Positions 1 through 10,584 are shown, numbered from the stretch's first letter. The stretch is DNA of 64,000 nucleotides from an uncultured Lentisphaerales bacterium (GCA_943788985.1 CALSSJ010000022.1:128001-192000); one strand, 5' to 3'. A program made the numbers and translations. Notes: generated by a model not told the origin, from the letters alone.

Positions 1-3000
1 ACTTGAAGAAGCGTCCGTTCAGCGGAATTACGCCGTCGTTATCCGGCAGAAAGGTCTCACGGATGGTGATGACGGTGCCGTCCGGTTGCGTTAATGCGAA
101 GGTGTATCCCGCGGCATTCTCGAGATCGAAGGCGAAGACTTGGTTGCCGTTTACTTCTTGCGGATTATCGATGTCGACGGCAATGCTCGCAGTCGCAGTG
201 CTGTAGTCATCTACAACGAGGGGACTGCCCTCGACGATGAGATTGAAGTCCGGGTCTTCGAATTTGGAGATGGACAGCAGATAGTTGCCGGGGAGCAGAC
301 CAGTGCTGCCAGCGTTGAGATAGTCGATTGGTTCAACGGCAGTCTTGTTGGCAATGGAGGTGCTGACCAGAGTTGCCCCGGCTTGGTCTTTGATTACAAT
401 CTGGTAGAATGCCTGAGCATCGTCATCGAAATCTGTAATGTCGATAAACCGGAACCAAGGCGGCGTGCCGACCGTAATCTTGCCAGTAAGCGTACCGGAG
501 CTGGCTTCTTCATCATCCACAATCTCGAAGGTGAACTCTGCGAGACCACGGAAATCGTCGGCAGGGTCGAAGGACAGGGACTCTTGGTCCAAGAAAAATG
601 TCGAATTAGCGGTCAGCGCGGCGCGGCCCACGGAGTTGCTGGAGAGTGTGCCAACTACTTGGTTGTCGCTTGTGGGCTCTGTCAGGAGGCGGAAGCGAAG
701 GAAGGAGAGAGCATCGTCCACGTCCTCGGCTTGTACCTCAAGAAGAACGATATTCCGTGGATTTGTGTTCACCTCATTTGCCTGAACGCCAGCGTTGATT
801 GCGGCTGATACTGGTGCGTCATTGACGCCCGTAACCGTGATGTCGAGAACGCCGGTTCCGGAGTTTGCTTCGCCATCATTGGCTCGGAATACAATGGTGT
901 CGTTGCCTTCAGCGGCTGTTGGAAGTTGTGGCCAGTCAGCGGTGTAGCTGAGCGTGGCTCCACTGATGCTGGCGTTGCCTTGGGTTGGACCGCCGACGAT
1001 TGAAAAGGAAAGTGTATCGCTATCGTCATCGTTGGCACCTGCCGAGAGGTCGACCTGAATGGTCTGGTTGTCATCGGCAGCGGGTGTGCCATCGGTGACG
1101 GTGGGGAGGCTGTTACTCACCGTGATGGCGGATGAAGTGACAGCGGTGCCGTCCTGATTATCGTCGCGTGTGGCGTTTGTGGGGGTAATGCGGACCGCGA
1201 CTGTCTGGCTCTTGGTGAAATGGGTTGAACCATTGTTGCTGAGTTGATTGGTGGTCTCGCCATTGACAAGAGTGCCGTTCACGAGCCACTCGTAGGTAAA
1301 TGTGACGGCGTCATTATCTGCGTCTGAGGCACTGCCTGGGGTGGCGACGAATGTGCTTGTGATGAACGCGTCGCCTCCACCTTGAACAGTCAGTGTGACA
1401 CCGTCAACGCTAGGGGCCTGGTTGGTGTCGCGCACTGTGACATCCCAAGCGTCGCTGGTGGTGCCGGTGTTCTGATCACTGCCGGTAGCTGTGATCTGGA
1501 AGGTCTCTTCGTTGTTATGCTTGCCGTCGTCGCTGCTGAGCCGATCGAGGCCCGCGGCAAAGGTGAAGGTCGATGTGTGCTGATTTGGCGGGCCGGCGGG
1601 TGTGTCGGTAATCGTATCGACGACGGCGCCAGCCAGGCGGACCTCCCAGAGTACGCTGGAAATTTGGCCTTCACCGACGGGCTGTCCCGCACGGTCGCTG
1701 TCGTCGAAAGTGGCAGTGAAGGTTAGGCTGGCAGTTGCGCCTTCATCAATATTCTGAGCTACGGGCTGGGTGGCGTTGCCGTCGTTTGGCGTGAGGGCAG
1801 TGAGGGCCGGTGGCGGGTCACCAATGGAAAACGCTTCGGAGCGAGCCTGAGTCAAGCCTGGTGCCGTCGAACTGGTGGCCAGGAAGTCGTAGACCCCGCC
1901 GTTCGTGACGCTTAGGCCGCTGAAGGCCGCGGTGCCTGCAGCAGCGGGCTGCGTGGCAGTGCCTGTGAAGGCTGCAGTCGTGGTTGTTCCACTTTCCACC
2001 AGTTGAAGGTCGATGGTTTCTGTTGAGGCTGTCAGGTTGCCAAAGGCATCGAGCACAGAAACTCCGACGTTGCCTGGTGTCCCGGGAATATTAGCGTCAG
2101 ATGCGGGCTGATCGCTGAACGAGAGCTGGTCTTCGGCAGCAGGTGTGCTGGTACCCGTGATGGAGCCTTGGGTGATCGCGGCGTCATCGGCATCGGAAAC
2201 GGTGAGTGTGAAGTCGGCCGCATTGGGAAACACGCCTGTGATATTGGCTATGCCACTGCTGAAGGTTACGGAAGTAGTCTGGCCAACGGTTGTGCCATCG
2301 ATGGTTGGGGCAGTGGCGTTCGGGGAGTTGACGACGCCGGCAAACACGAGGTTTTGCTCTCCGGTGTAGTCCGCTGGGTTGCCATTGACGTCGAATGCCG
2401 TGACCCACAGGGGAACAGAGCTGCCAGCTACCGGGGAGAAATCCGCGCGGGCTGGGTTGTTGGTTAGCTCAAAGCGTGTTGCTTCATTATCCAGGTTGCT
2501 GAGTGAGATGCTGCTTCCCGGAACTTGTGAGTATGCCGGATCAGTGGTGGACAAGGAATAGTCCACGTCATAGGCCTGATTGTCGTCGAGCAGGCTGTCA
2601 TCGGCGCCGGTGATGGTGACGGTAACGGGTTGGTCCCAGTTATCAGTGGTAAAAGTGACCGTGGCGTTGGTCGTGACTGTGCCCTCGGAGCTGTCCGCGC
2701 TACTGAAGGTGAGTTGTACGCTCTGAGTTGGCTTCGTATTCAAGGATACGTCAAATGTGATTGACGTACCGTCTTCCTCTGTTTCGGTATCTACCACGCT
2801 GGTTGTGACACCTGCGGAATCGTCATCTGTAAGGGTAACAGCTACATTGGTCGGTATGTTTAAGTCATCATAGGTGCTGTCGGCAGTGATTACATTGTCT
2901 ACAGTCAATGCCACAGTTGCCGAGTCATCACGATCGATATCATCGTTAACCCCGGTCACTGTGACAGGCACACCTTGGTCCCAGTTCTCTGACGTGAAAG

Positions 3001-4654
3001 TCAGTTCGGCCGGGTTGACTGTCGCGTCGAGTGGGCTGTTGCTGTTCACGAGCACTCGCACATCGCCTGTAGGCTCGGAAGTCAGGGTAACATCGAATGT
3101 GTCCTGGCCTCCATCCTCTGCGATGGTCAGTTGATTCAGGGTGACCGCGATTCCTGCCACATCGTCGTCTTCGTTTGCGAAGCCAAGAGTCGGGAAAGAC
3201 AACGCGGTGTAGGCGCCGTCGTTGGAGGCGATGCTGACGTTCAGCGTATAGGGAACGCTTTCGTCTGCGACATCATCATTCACGCCGACCACGGTGACAA
3301 GTTGATTCTGGTCCCAGTTAACTGCTGTGAAGGTGAGGGTCGTGTTGGAGACTGAGCCTTCGGTTGGGTCATCACTGGAGAAGGTGAAGACTACGTCAGC
3401 GAACGGCTCGGATTTCAGTGAAATTGAGGCGCTGCCGTTGCCACCAGCTTCTGTGGTGCTGGAGTCGCTCACAGTGGCGTTAATGCCAGCATCATCGTCG
3501 TCGATGTTGGTGAGTTGGGTTGCGGGCGTGAGAGCGGTGTACTGAGCGTCATTGCCAGTGAGCGCGAAATCAATGTTGAATGCGGTATCGCCGTCGTCAC
3601 GGTCGTCATTTATGCCGGTGACGATCACAGTCTGGGCGACATTGTAGTCGGTTGTTGTAAAGGTCAGTACCTTGGTGGCGGGGGTGGTGACCACGCCTTC
3701 TGCTGGGTTGTCGGAACTCAGTGTGATCGTTACCGTATCGGTTGGCTGCGCGTCTAGCTGCACGGAGAGGGTCGCTTGGCCACCCAATTCGCTGGGAGAG
3801 CCCGCTGGTGCGACCAAAACTGCGCTGGTATCGTCATCGGCATTGCTCGCGGCCACCGGCGCGGAGGCGACGTCTGGGTTTGTCTCGGTGTCGTAGTCGG
3901 TGTCGGAGCTGTCGAATATGAAGAAGATCTCGTAGGCCTTGTCGCCATCGTCCAGCTCGTCTTCAGCGCCGGTAACTGTGACGGGCTGGCCGACGTTCCA
4001 ATTTGCTGTGGTGAAGCTGAGGACGGTCGGACTGACTGTGCCCTCGGTGGCATCGGAGCTTCCTACCGTCACGAAAACATCTGCGGTTGGCTCGGTGTTC
4101 AGGGTGACGTCGAATGTGGCCTCGGCGCCGGCTTCCGTCGTGGCGAGTGTGCCGACGGCGTCAGTCGTCAGGCCAAACGAGAGTGCTTCAAACGTGCCGT
4201 TGTTGAGGACTGCACCGGCTGCGCCGTCTGGTCCCTTGCTTCCGTTGTCACCTGTTGTGAGGGTGATCGCTGAGACTCCAGCTGTGGCGTCACCTTTGAC
4301 GTTTGCGGTAAATGAGACCTGGATCTGAGTCCCTGCAGGCACCCCGGTTCCTGTGAAATCTGAGGCTGCGAAGAGATAAGAACTTGGGCCACTAGCCTGA
4401 TTAGCAAACACGGTGTATGCGCCGCCACTTTGAAGTGTGGCACCGGTAATCTCCAGCACGCTGGTGTCGTACGAGAAATCAACCTGGAAATTGCTCAATG
4501 TCCCGTCGTTTTGAACAAGCGTTACATCAATGGTGTGCCCAGTTTTTCCGATAGGTGCGGCGGAATCTACGGCAGTAATCGTGGTGGCGGCGAATGCAGA
4601 GCCTGCCATAAGAGCGACAAGCAGCAGAGCAAAGAGTCGGGGGAATTTACACAT
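1..4654 (-). CDS. Giant secreted multidomain surface protein (>1550 aa, runs off the left edge): signal peptide, cohesin-like domain, 5 Calx-beta-like repeats, further Ig/cadherin(Big_9)-like domains
   Basis: Not in the ORF track because it has no stop in the window; translated manually. ATG at 4654 with AGGAG upstream. Begins MCKFPRLFALLLVALMAGSAFA, then TIDVTL..LSNFQVDFSYDTSVLEITG. Repeats of TFTxxNWxxxQxVTVTGxxDD. The same frame is still coding at positions 2-4 (..DNDGVIPLNGRFFK). Confidence 0.9.
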   Translation of the reverse strand, partial: MCKFPRLFALLLVALMAGSAFAATTITAVDSAAPIGKTGHTIDVTLVQNDGTLSNFQVDFSYDTSVLEITGATLQSGGAYTVFANQASGPSSYLFAASDFTGTGVPAGTQIQVSFTANVKGDATAGVSAITLTTGDNGSKGPDGAAGAVLNNGTFEALSFGLTTDAVGTLATTEAGAEATFDVTLNTEPTADVFVTVGSSDATEGTVSPTVLSFTTANWNVGQPVTVTGAEDELDDGDKAYEIFFIFDSSDTDYDTETNPDVASAPVAASNADDDTSAVLVAPAGSPSELGGQATLSVQLDAQPTDTVTITLSSDNPAEGVVTTPATKVLTFTTTDYNVAQTVIVTGINDDRDDGDTAFNIDFALTGNDAQYTALTPATQLTNIDDDDAGINATVSDSSTTEAGGNGSASISLKSEPFADVVFTFSSDDPTEGSVSNTTLTFTAVNWDQNQLVTVVGVNDDVADESVPYTLNVSIASNDGAYTALSFPTLGFANEDDDVAGIAVTLNQLTIAEDGGQDTFDVTLTSEPTGDVRVLVNSNSPLDATVNPAELTFTSENWDQGVPVTVTGVNDDIDRDDSATVALTVDNVITADSTYDDLNIPTNVAVTLTDDDSAGVTTSVVDTETEEDGTSITFDVSLNTKPTQSVQLTFSSADSSEGTVTTNATVTFTTDNWDQPVTVTITGADDSLLDDNQAYDVDYSLSTTDPAYSQVPGSSISLSNLDNEATRFELTNNPARADFSPVAGSSVPLWVTAFDVNGNPADYTGEQNLVFAGVVNSPNATAPTIDGTTVGQTTSVTFSSGIANITGVFPNAADFTLTVSDADDAAITQGSITGTSTPAAEDQLSFSDQPASDANIPGTPGNVGVSVLDAFGNLTASTETIDLQLVESGTTTTAAFTGTATQPAAAGTAAFSGLSVTNGGVYDFLATSSTAPGLTQARSEAFSIGDPPPALTALTPNDGNATQPVAQNIDEGATASLTFTATFDDSDRAGQPVGEGQISSVLWEVRLAGAVVDTITDTPAGPPNQHTSTFTFAAGLDRLSSDDGKHNNEETFQITATGSDQNTGTTSDAWDVTVRDTNQAPSVDGVTLTVQGGGDAFITSTFVATPGSASDADNDAVTFTYEWLVNGTLVNGETTNQLSNNGSTHFTKSQTVAVRITPTNATRDDNQDGTAVTSSAITVSNSLPTVTDGTPAADDNQTIQVDLSAGANDDDSDTLSFSIVGGPTQGNASISGATLSYTADWPQLPTAAEGNDTIVFRANDGEANSGTGVLDITVTGVNDAPVSAAINAGVQANEVNTNPRNIVLLEVQAEDVDDALSFLRFRLLTEPTSDNQVVGTLSSNSVGRAALTANSTFFLDQESLSFDPADDFRGLAEFTFEIVDDEEASSGTLTGKITVGTPPWFRFIDITDFDDDAQAFYQIVIKDQAGATLVSTSIANKTAVEPIDYLNAGSTGLLPGNYLLSISKFEDPDFNLIVEGSPLVVDDYSTATASIAVDIDNPQEVNGNQVFAFDLENAAGYTFALTQPDGTVITIRETFLPDNDGVIPLNGRFFK

Positions 4655-4677
4655 AGTAACGAATAGCTCCTGTGAGG

Positions 4678-7600
4678 CTAAGGAAGGATTTTGAGAATGT
4701 TGGCTTCTACTTCTTCGGGCGTCAGGTCCGTGCTTACGGTGGCCGTCAGTTGAGGAAATAAGAACGAGTTGCCGCTGTTGAACGGCAGGATGGTATTGCG
4801 ATATATCAGGACCAAGTCATCGAAATCTACAACGCCAGAGAGATCGACGTCTAGGCCGCCATCTCTCACGGCGTGCACATTGGCTTCCACCTCTTCTGGG
4901 GTCAAGGCCGTCGTGACAGTGGCAGTGAGCTGCGGAAAGAGAAACGAGTTGCCGCTGTTGAAGGGAAGAATGTGGTTGCGATAGATCAATACCAAGTCGT
5001 CGAAGTTGTAGATTCCGTCGCCGCTGACCTCGAGGCTGCCCAAGGTGACCGCATTGGAAATGATCAATTGCGCAGTGCCGCTGGAGAAACTGCCTGCGGC
5101 GGTGGTCGCACCGTTCGAGATGCTGAGGCTGTAGATGCCTGCAGCACCCAGTTCGGCGCTGCCGCTAACGGTCAGCAGGGTTCCAGAATCCAGCACTGCT
5201 CGGGTGATAGACGTATCATTGAAAAGGAAATCGATTGTCCCGGTCCCAACGATAACGCTTGCTCCCGCGATTGAGGTCGTGGCTTCGGTAATGGTGAGCT
5301 GGCTGGCGGGATAATTGACCGTGAAGCCAAGCTCGGTGAAGACCTGCTGTGCGGTTAGCACGATGTCAAAGCTGACTGCAGGGTCGGCGTCTTCAGGCTT
5401 GACCAGGATGTTCACGGGATCAAAGGTGACCACAGCCGTGGCGGCGGTGTCTACCGCGCTGCCGGCCACGGAAATGACGATGGTGTCGCCGCCGCTGGTC
5501 AGGGTCACTGCATCGGAATAGGCACCGGCCGCGGTAGGGGCGTAGGTCACAGCAACTGCTGCGCTGCCGTTGGCCGGGACCGTAATGGAGTCGGTGTCAG
5601 TTGTGAACGGAGCGCCACCGGCAGCGACTGTGTAGACAACCGTTTCAGACTCGCTGCTTTCGAGATTGATGTGAAAGGTAAGACTCTCTGTCGTTACGAG
5701 CTGGCCGAAGTCGATGACGGCGGGAGTGATTGCAACGCTCAGAGCCTGTGCGCCATCAACATCCTGATTGATGACTGGGATGCGGCGCGTGAGGCTGCTG
5801 TCGTACACGCCTACCGCAGCAGCGGGTGAGATGTTGATATGGTAGAGGGCGTCGCCATCCGTAGTGCTATCCGTCTGCGGGGAGATGGTCAATGGTTGCG
5901 GTGTCTGCCAGTTCCCGGTAGTGAATTCCATGGAGTTGGTGCTGACCGTGCCTTCTGCCTCATCACTGGAGCTGATGTTCAGCGTGACATTTCCACTTGG
6001 AGGTGAACCGAGGGAGACCTCAATCTGCTGATCGCTGCCACCTTCCACGGTGCCAAGGGCACCAGGCGGTGTGACGACGATGCGGGCAATCTCGTCGTCG
6101 AGGTTGGTGCCGGATACGTTCTCTGTGCCGCTGTCCTCACTGTAGCTCCAGGAAAAACCGACAGTGAAGGGGGCAGGGCCATCGTTGTCGAGGTCGTCTA
6201 CTCCAGTGATGGTTACGGTCTGGGGGGTATCCCAGTTGCTGTCTGTGAAGGTGACGGTTGGGTTGGATGCGGTTGCCTCATTCTCGTCGCTGACTTGGAT
6301 CGTGACGTCGACGTTGGCCAGTGGCTGGGCGGTCAGATTGATTGCGATATCGGCACTTCCTCCAGACTCTGTGGTTGTGACCGAAACCACGTCTGTCTGC
6401 ACGCCAGCAATATCATTGTTGATGTTGACTATCGCAACTGGGTCAAGGACCAAGAGGGAGTACTTGGGGTCGTCGGTATTCAGCGACAGGGCAATGTTGG
6501 TGGATTGGTTGCCATCAGCAATCAGTTCGTCGGCACCGGTGATCACGACGCGTTGTGGCGTATTCCAATTGGCTGCAGTGAATATCAGTTGATCGTCGCC
6601 TGGGGCGGTCACCTGCAGCTCCTGTTCATTCGCACTGATCACATTGACGAAGACGTCTTGCACTGGCTCAGAATCTAGAACGACCGTGAATTCGGCGGTT
6701 CCGCCAACTTCAGATGCAGTACCGTCAATGATGGAGACTGTTACTCCAGCTGAGTCATCGTCGGTATTGGTGACTGAAACTTGTGCGGTGGCGCCAGCAA
6801 AGGCCAGATCTGCAGATGCTGAGTCAACCCTGATGCTGTATGGCTGATCGTCGTCATTAACGAAGTCGTCCACACCAGCTACGACGACGGACTGCACTTG
6901 ATTCCAGTTCACGGGGGTGAATGTCAGCTGTTCGTCGCCAGGGCTGATGATTACCCCTTCGGTTGTGTCTGTGCTAGCGAGGCTGATGATGACGTTCGCG
7001 CTGGGCTGCGCGCGGAGAACTACGTCAAAGGTTGCCGTGGCGCGTGGAAGCAGGTCAGATTCTGCCGTTTCCAAGCCATCAATGGGAGAGATGTCAATGG
7101 GGAAGGCGAGGGACTCAAACTGTGTGGCAGCGATCGGGATGGGATTCTGTACGACTGTATCCAGCGCAAACTGGATTTCACCAAAGTCGAAGCGCTTGGT
7201 GCCGCGGTCGCAGTCGGCGTCTGGATCGACATCGCAGTCTGGGCCAACGACGCGGTAGCTGAAGGTGATCGGGCCGGTTGCTGGCAAGGTCGTGGGATCA
7301 TCCCATGTGAAGGTGACTTGCTCCTGATCCACGGTGACGGCGTCGACATTGCCGAAAACAGCGAGGCCGCTGACGCCAGCAGCGGCGGGAATGGTGTATG
7401 TCGCCAAGGCATCATCTGTGCGGGGCATGATTTCGACAATGCTCAGTGCGGTCAAGTTGTCGACGACGTCCGGGCTGTAGGTGACGGTCACTGTGACTTC
7501 CAGTCCCTTATTGTCGCCAGTGACGGCAGCAGCCGCTGCGTGCGTGCGGGTCGCGATAATATTGCCCGGTAGCACGACCAGTGAGACTGTAGCGGTGTCT

Positions 7601-8849
7601 TCGTTCTCGGGTGCCAATGTTTCCTGAATGCTGTAAGTAAAGGTATCCCAGGTGGCTTCGTCATCGGGATTGGAGACCAGCCCGGTTGCTTCGCCTACTG
7701 AGTCTACGATATTAAGACGCCAGCCGACGTTGAGATTGAGCTGGGATGCGTAATATACGGTGTTGGGCGTTGATCCACTGGGAGTGAAAAGCAGCGTGCC
7801 GTCCTCTGTGAAATGTTTGTGACACCATCGATGATAGCTCCAGTGCCCTGGCCAGCAGCGTTGTCCGCGATATAGAACGGATTGCCAGTCGCGGTCACAT
7901 TGAAAGAATACTGGACGCCGCGTTGCAAGGATAGCTCCTTGCCTTGGACACCGTCTACGATATAGCCGTCGGTGCTCCCGACACCGTTCTGGGGATGTGA
8001 GGCGTCTTTGGTGCCTACCACGACCTCAAATGAGGTGTCGATGGGAGGCGTGTAGAAGACGCTGGTACCATCGGTAGTTACCGTCCCCCCCTTGGTGGTC
8101 GTTCCGCTCACGGATGAAATTGTAATGGCGTCGCCGTCTGCATCACTGTCGTTGGCCAGCACCTCGACGGACACGCTGGGGTTGGCTTCGTTGCGAAAGA
8201 CCACCACGCCAGTATCGTCAAAAGCCGTCGGGGCCACGTTGTCGCGGGCCAAGATGAAGTCGATGGAAATGGTGTTGGTGGCGGCTACTATTACGCCTGG
8301 GCCAGCGTTACCCTCAGTCTGGGTCAATAAAATCTGGCTTCTCGCACCCAGTTCGGTCACTAGGGTGCCCTCAATGCGGATCTCGGCGATCTCATAGCCA
8401 GCGTCAAAGGCAGCCCCACCTGCGCTGAAGAGTGAAGAGTCCCAGCTGAGCGTGATATCGCTGGCCGGGATGCCAAAACTTACGTCCAGTTTCCAGACCT
8501 GGCTGGTCGGATCCAAGGGCGTTGCATTATTGAAATAACGGAGATCTTTGCGCAATGGGGTGACGGCAACCTGCGGGTTGTCGAATGCCAATTTTGCCAG
8601 AAACTGCTGGAATGGGTTGGGTGGAGGTGACGGGCGGTCGTACGGATCGGTGTTGTCACCCTCGGCTAGGCCGTCGAAAGAGGCGGGGTCAAGGCCGAAG
8701 GTCAACTCACCGAACTGACTGGTATTTAAATCAACGTTGTCACCGGTGGCAGTGAGTTCGATATTTATTGCAGGAACTTGGCCAAAGGCGACGAAGCCAA
8801 GGGTTGCGATCAGCAGGCACGAGAGGAGCGCACGTGGACGGCGTAACAT
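4678..8849 (-). CDS. Giant secreted multidomain protein (~1390 aa, one frameshift at ~7811-7818): signal peptide, Big_9-like domain with cupredoxin-like insert, 4 Calx-beta-like repeats, ASH/choice-of-anchor-D Ig domain, cohesin-like domain, C-terminal duplicated dockerin-like motif
   Basis: ATG at 8849 with GGAGG RBS. ORFs 7704..8939 and 4678..7617 join if one base is restored at ~7813, giving ..GVTN/FTEDGTLLFTPSGSTPNTVYY..DTFTYSIQETLAPENED. C-terminus carries two FDDLVLIYRN..TPEEVEAN repeats. Confidence 0.85.
4695..5040 (-). repeat. Intragenic 180-bp-period (60 aa) duplication encoding dockerin/EF-hand-like motifs
   Basis: LEVSGDGIYNFDDLVLIYRNHILPFNSGNSFLFPQLTATVTTALTPEEVEANV vs LDVDLSGVVDFDDLVLIYRNTILPFNSGNSFLFPQLTATVSTDLTPEEVEANI; 39 of 43 aa identical in the core. 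Confidence 0.9.
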
Positions 8850-9021
8850 AATAACTGGACCTCCTGGTCGATAAATTAAATTGGAGACTTCACGATGCAG
8901 GAAAATTACTCGAGTGCGCCAATGTAGTTGGAGCGCCATGATAGTCCAGCGTTCCTATGTTTCTGGCTACATGGGTGACTACGTGGCAATTTCCTGATCC
9001 TTACGGTCATTCAAGCATAAG

Positions 9022-10584
9022 TCAGATGGTGAGAAATGTGACATTTAGCGCATCTACCGCAGTCTTTATCTCGTTCAAGACGTCTTTTGTGAGCGCCTGA
9101 TTGACTTTCACGACAGCGATGGCGCGGCCCTGGTGATCCTGCGGAGAGCGCACATCGACGATGTTCACATCATGCGCCGCAAGCGCAGTGGTGATGCGCG
9201 CCAGTTGCCCCGGGCGGTCATCATAAACCACCAGCAAGCTGTGCCCAGCAGGGTCGAAGTACAGATGGTCAAAGGTGTCAATTCTCGAAACCATCAGGCG
9301 GCCTTCTACGACTGTACCGCGGACGCTAACTCGCTCGTATTTTTTTCCGTCGCCCCCGAGGAGGTCGAGTGTAATGGAGCAGCCGTACTTCTTGGAGTCA
9401 TCGCTATCGCGGATCTCATAGTGAATTCCCTGTTGCTCAAGAAACTCCGAAGCGTCTCTATGGTCAAAGTATGGATCGAAGTCTGACGTCATGCCAGATA
9501 CAATCGGGGGGATCAAATATTGTGCGAAGCGATTCAAGTCGCCGTAGAAGGTCACTTCGATCTTGCGGGGCTGGCTGCCCAGATACGCGTGTGCCACTTT
9601 TGCCAGGTAGAATGCCAGGCGTTGGTGTTCTTCGTTCAAGTCGTCTGGGACGGTCTGGTTGACCACATGGCGGGCGATGCCGCGGGTGAAATAGTCGGTG
9701 GTCTGCTGCCCCGCTCGCCTTGCAGCCTCGGCATTTGCTTCCGAGGTGCTGGCGCCTAAGTGGGGGAGCATCAGGTCTGCCACGTCTGCGACGGACTTCT
9801 CGCCTGGCACATCGGCAGGGTAGACGTCATTGCAGAAGATGATTTGTTTGTCCTGCTTGACGGCCCGTAGCGCGTCTTCGTCCAGCAACTCAGCACGAGC
9901 GCAGTTGATCAGGACCGCGCCATCCTTCATGCGCGTCAGCAAGGATTCATTGATCATCTTGGTGGTTTTCTCGTTCGCTGGCGCATGCAGCGTCACGATG
10001 TCTGAGCGCGAGAACAGGGATTCCAGTGAGCACAGCTCGACACCCAGTTCCTCAGCCTTGCGCGGGGCAATGACGGGATCTGCGCCTAGTGCTTTCACTT
10101 CGAAACCGGCAAGCCGCCTGAGGACCAGTTGGCCGATGTGCCCCAGGCCCACTACGCCGATAGTCTTGCCAGCAAGTTCCTTTCCCATGAGCTTCTTCTT
10201 TTCCCACTTCCCAGCCCGTGTCCCGGCGTCGCCTCGGACAACATGGCGAAATGCGCAGAGAGTCATGGCGATCACTTCTTCTGCGACCGCATTTGCGTTG
10301 GCGCCCGGCGTGTTCATTACATCGATGCCGTTGCGTCTGGCATATTTGTGGTCGATCGTGTTGTAGCCTGCGCCAGCGCGCACAATCAGCTTCAACCCAG
10401 GAAGCGAATCGATGATTTCCGCAGTGATGGCTTCACTGCGGACAATGAGACCTGCCGTATCTGCGTGCTCTGCGATCAGTTCGCTGAGTGTGGTTTCGGC
10501 GTCCTGTACGACGGTGAAGCCAGCGTCCTGCAACATCTGAGCGGCAACGCCGTCGAGTTTGGTTGGAATAAGAATCTTACGCAT
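9022..10584 (-). CDS. serA: D-3-phosphoglycerate dehydrogenase with C-terminal ACT domain
   Basis: RAGAGYNTID, GVVGLGHIG Rossmann motif, INCARAEL, PHLGAST; C-terminal DDRPGQLARIT ACT domain. Confidence 0.9.
   Translation of the reverse strand: MRKILIPTKLDGVAAQMLQDAGFTVVQDAETTLSELIAEHADTAGLIVRSEAITAEIIDSLPGLKLIVRAGAGYNTIDHKYARRNGIDVMNTPGANANAVAEEVIAMTLCAFRHVVRGDAGTRAGKWEKKKLMGKELAGKTIGVVGLGHIGQLVLRRLAGFEVKALGADPVIAPRKAEELGVELCSLESLFSRSDIVTLHAPANEKTTKMINESLLTRMKDGAVLINCARAELLDEDALRAVKQDKQIIFCNDVYPADVPGEKSVADVADLMLPHLGASTSEANAEAARRAGQQTTDYFTRGIARHVVNQTVPDDLNEEHQRLAFYLAKVAHAYLGSQPRKIEVTFYGDLNRFAQYLIPPIVSGMTSDFDPYFDHRDASEFLEQQGIHYEIRDSDDSKKYGCSITLDLLGGDGKKYERVSVRGTVVEGRLMVSRIDTFDHLYFDPAGHSLLVVYDDRPGQLARITTALAAHDVNIVDVRSPQDHQGRAIAVVKVNQALTKDVLNEIKTAVDALNVTFLTI

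Noticed and set aside
3..4666. Many plus-strand and short minus-strand ORFs in the track
   Set aside because: They are antisense or off-frame shadows of the unlisted giant minus-strand gene.
2480..7080. Recurring ~320-bp similarity that could suggest a DNA repeat array or CRISPR
   Set aside because: The similarity is at protein level (Calx-beta-like domains). I saw no short identical repeats with unique spacers and no cas genes anywhere in the window.
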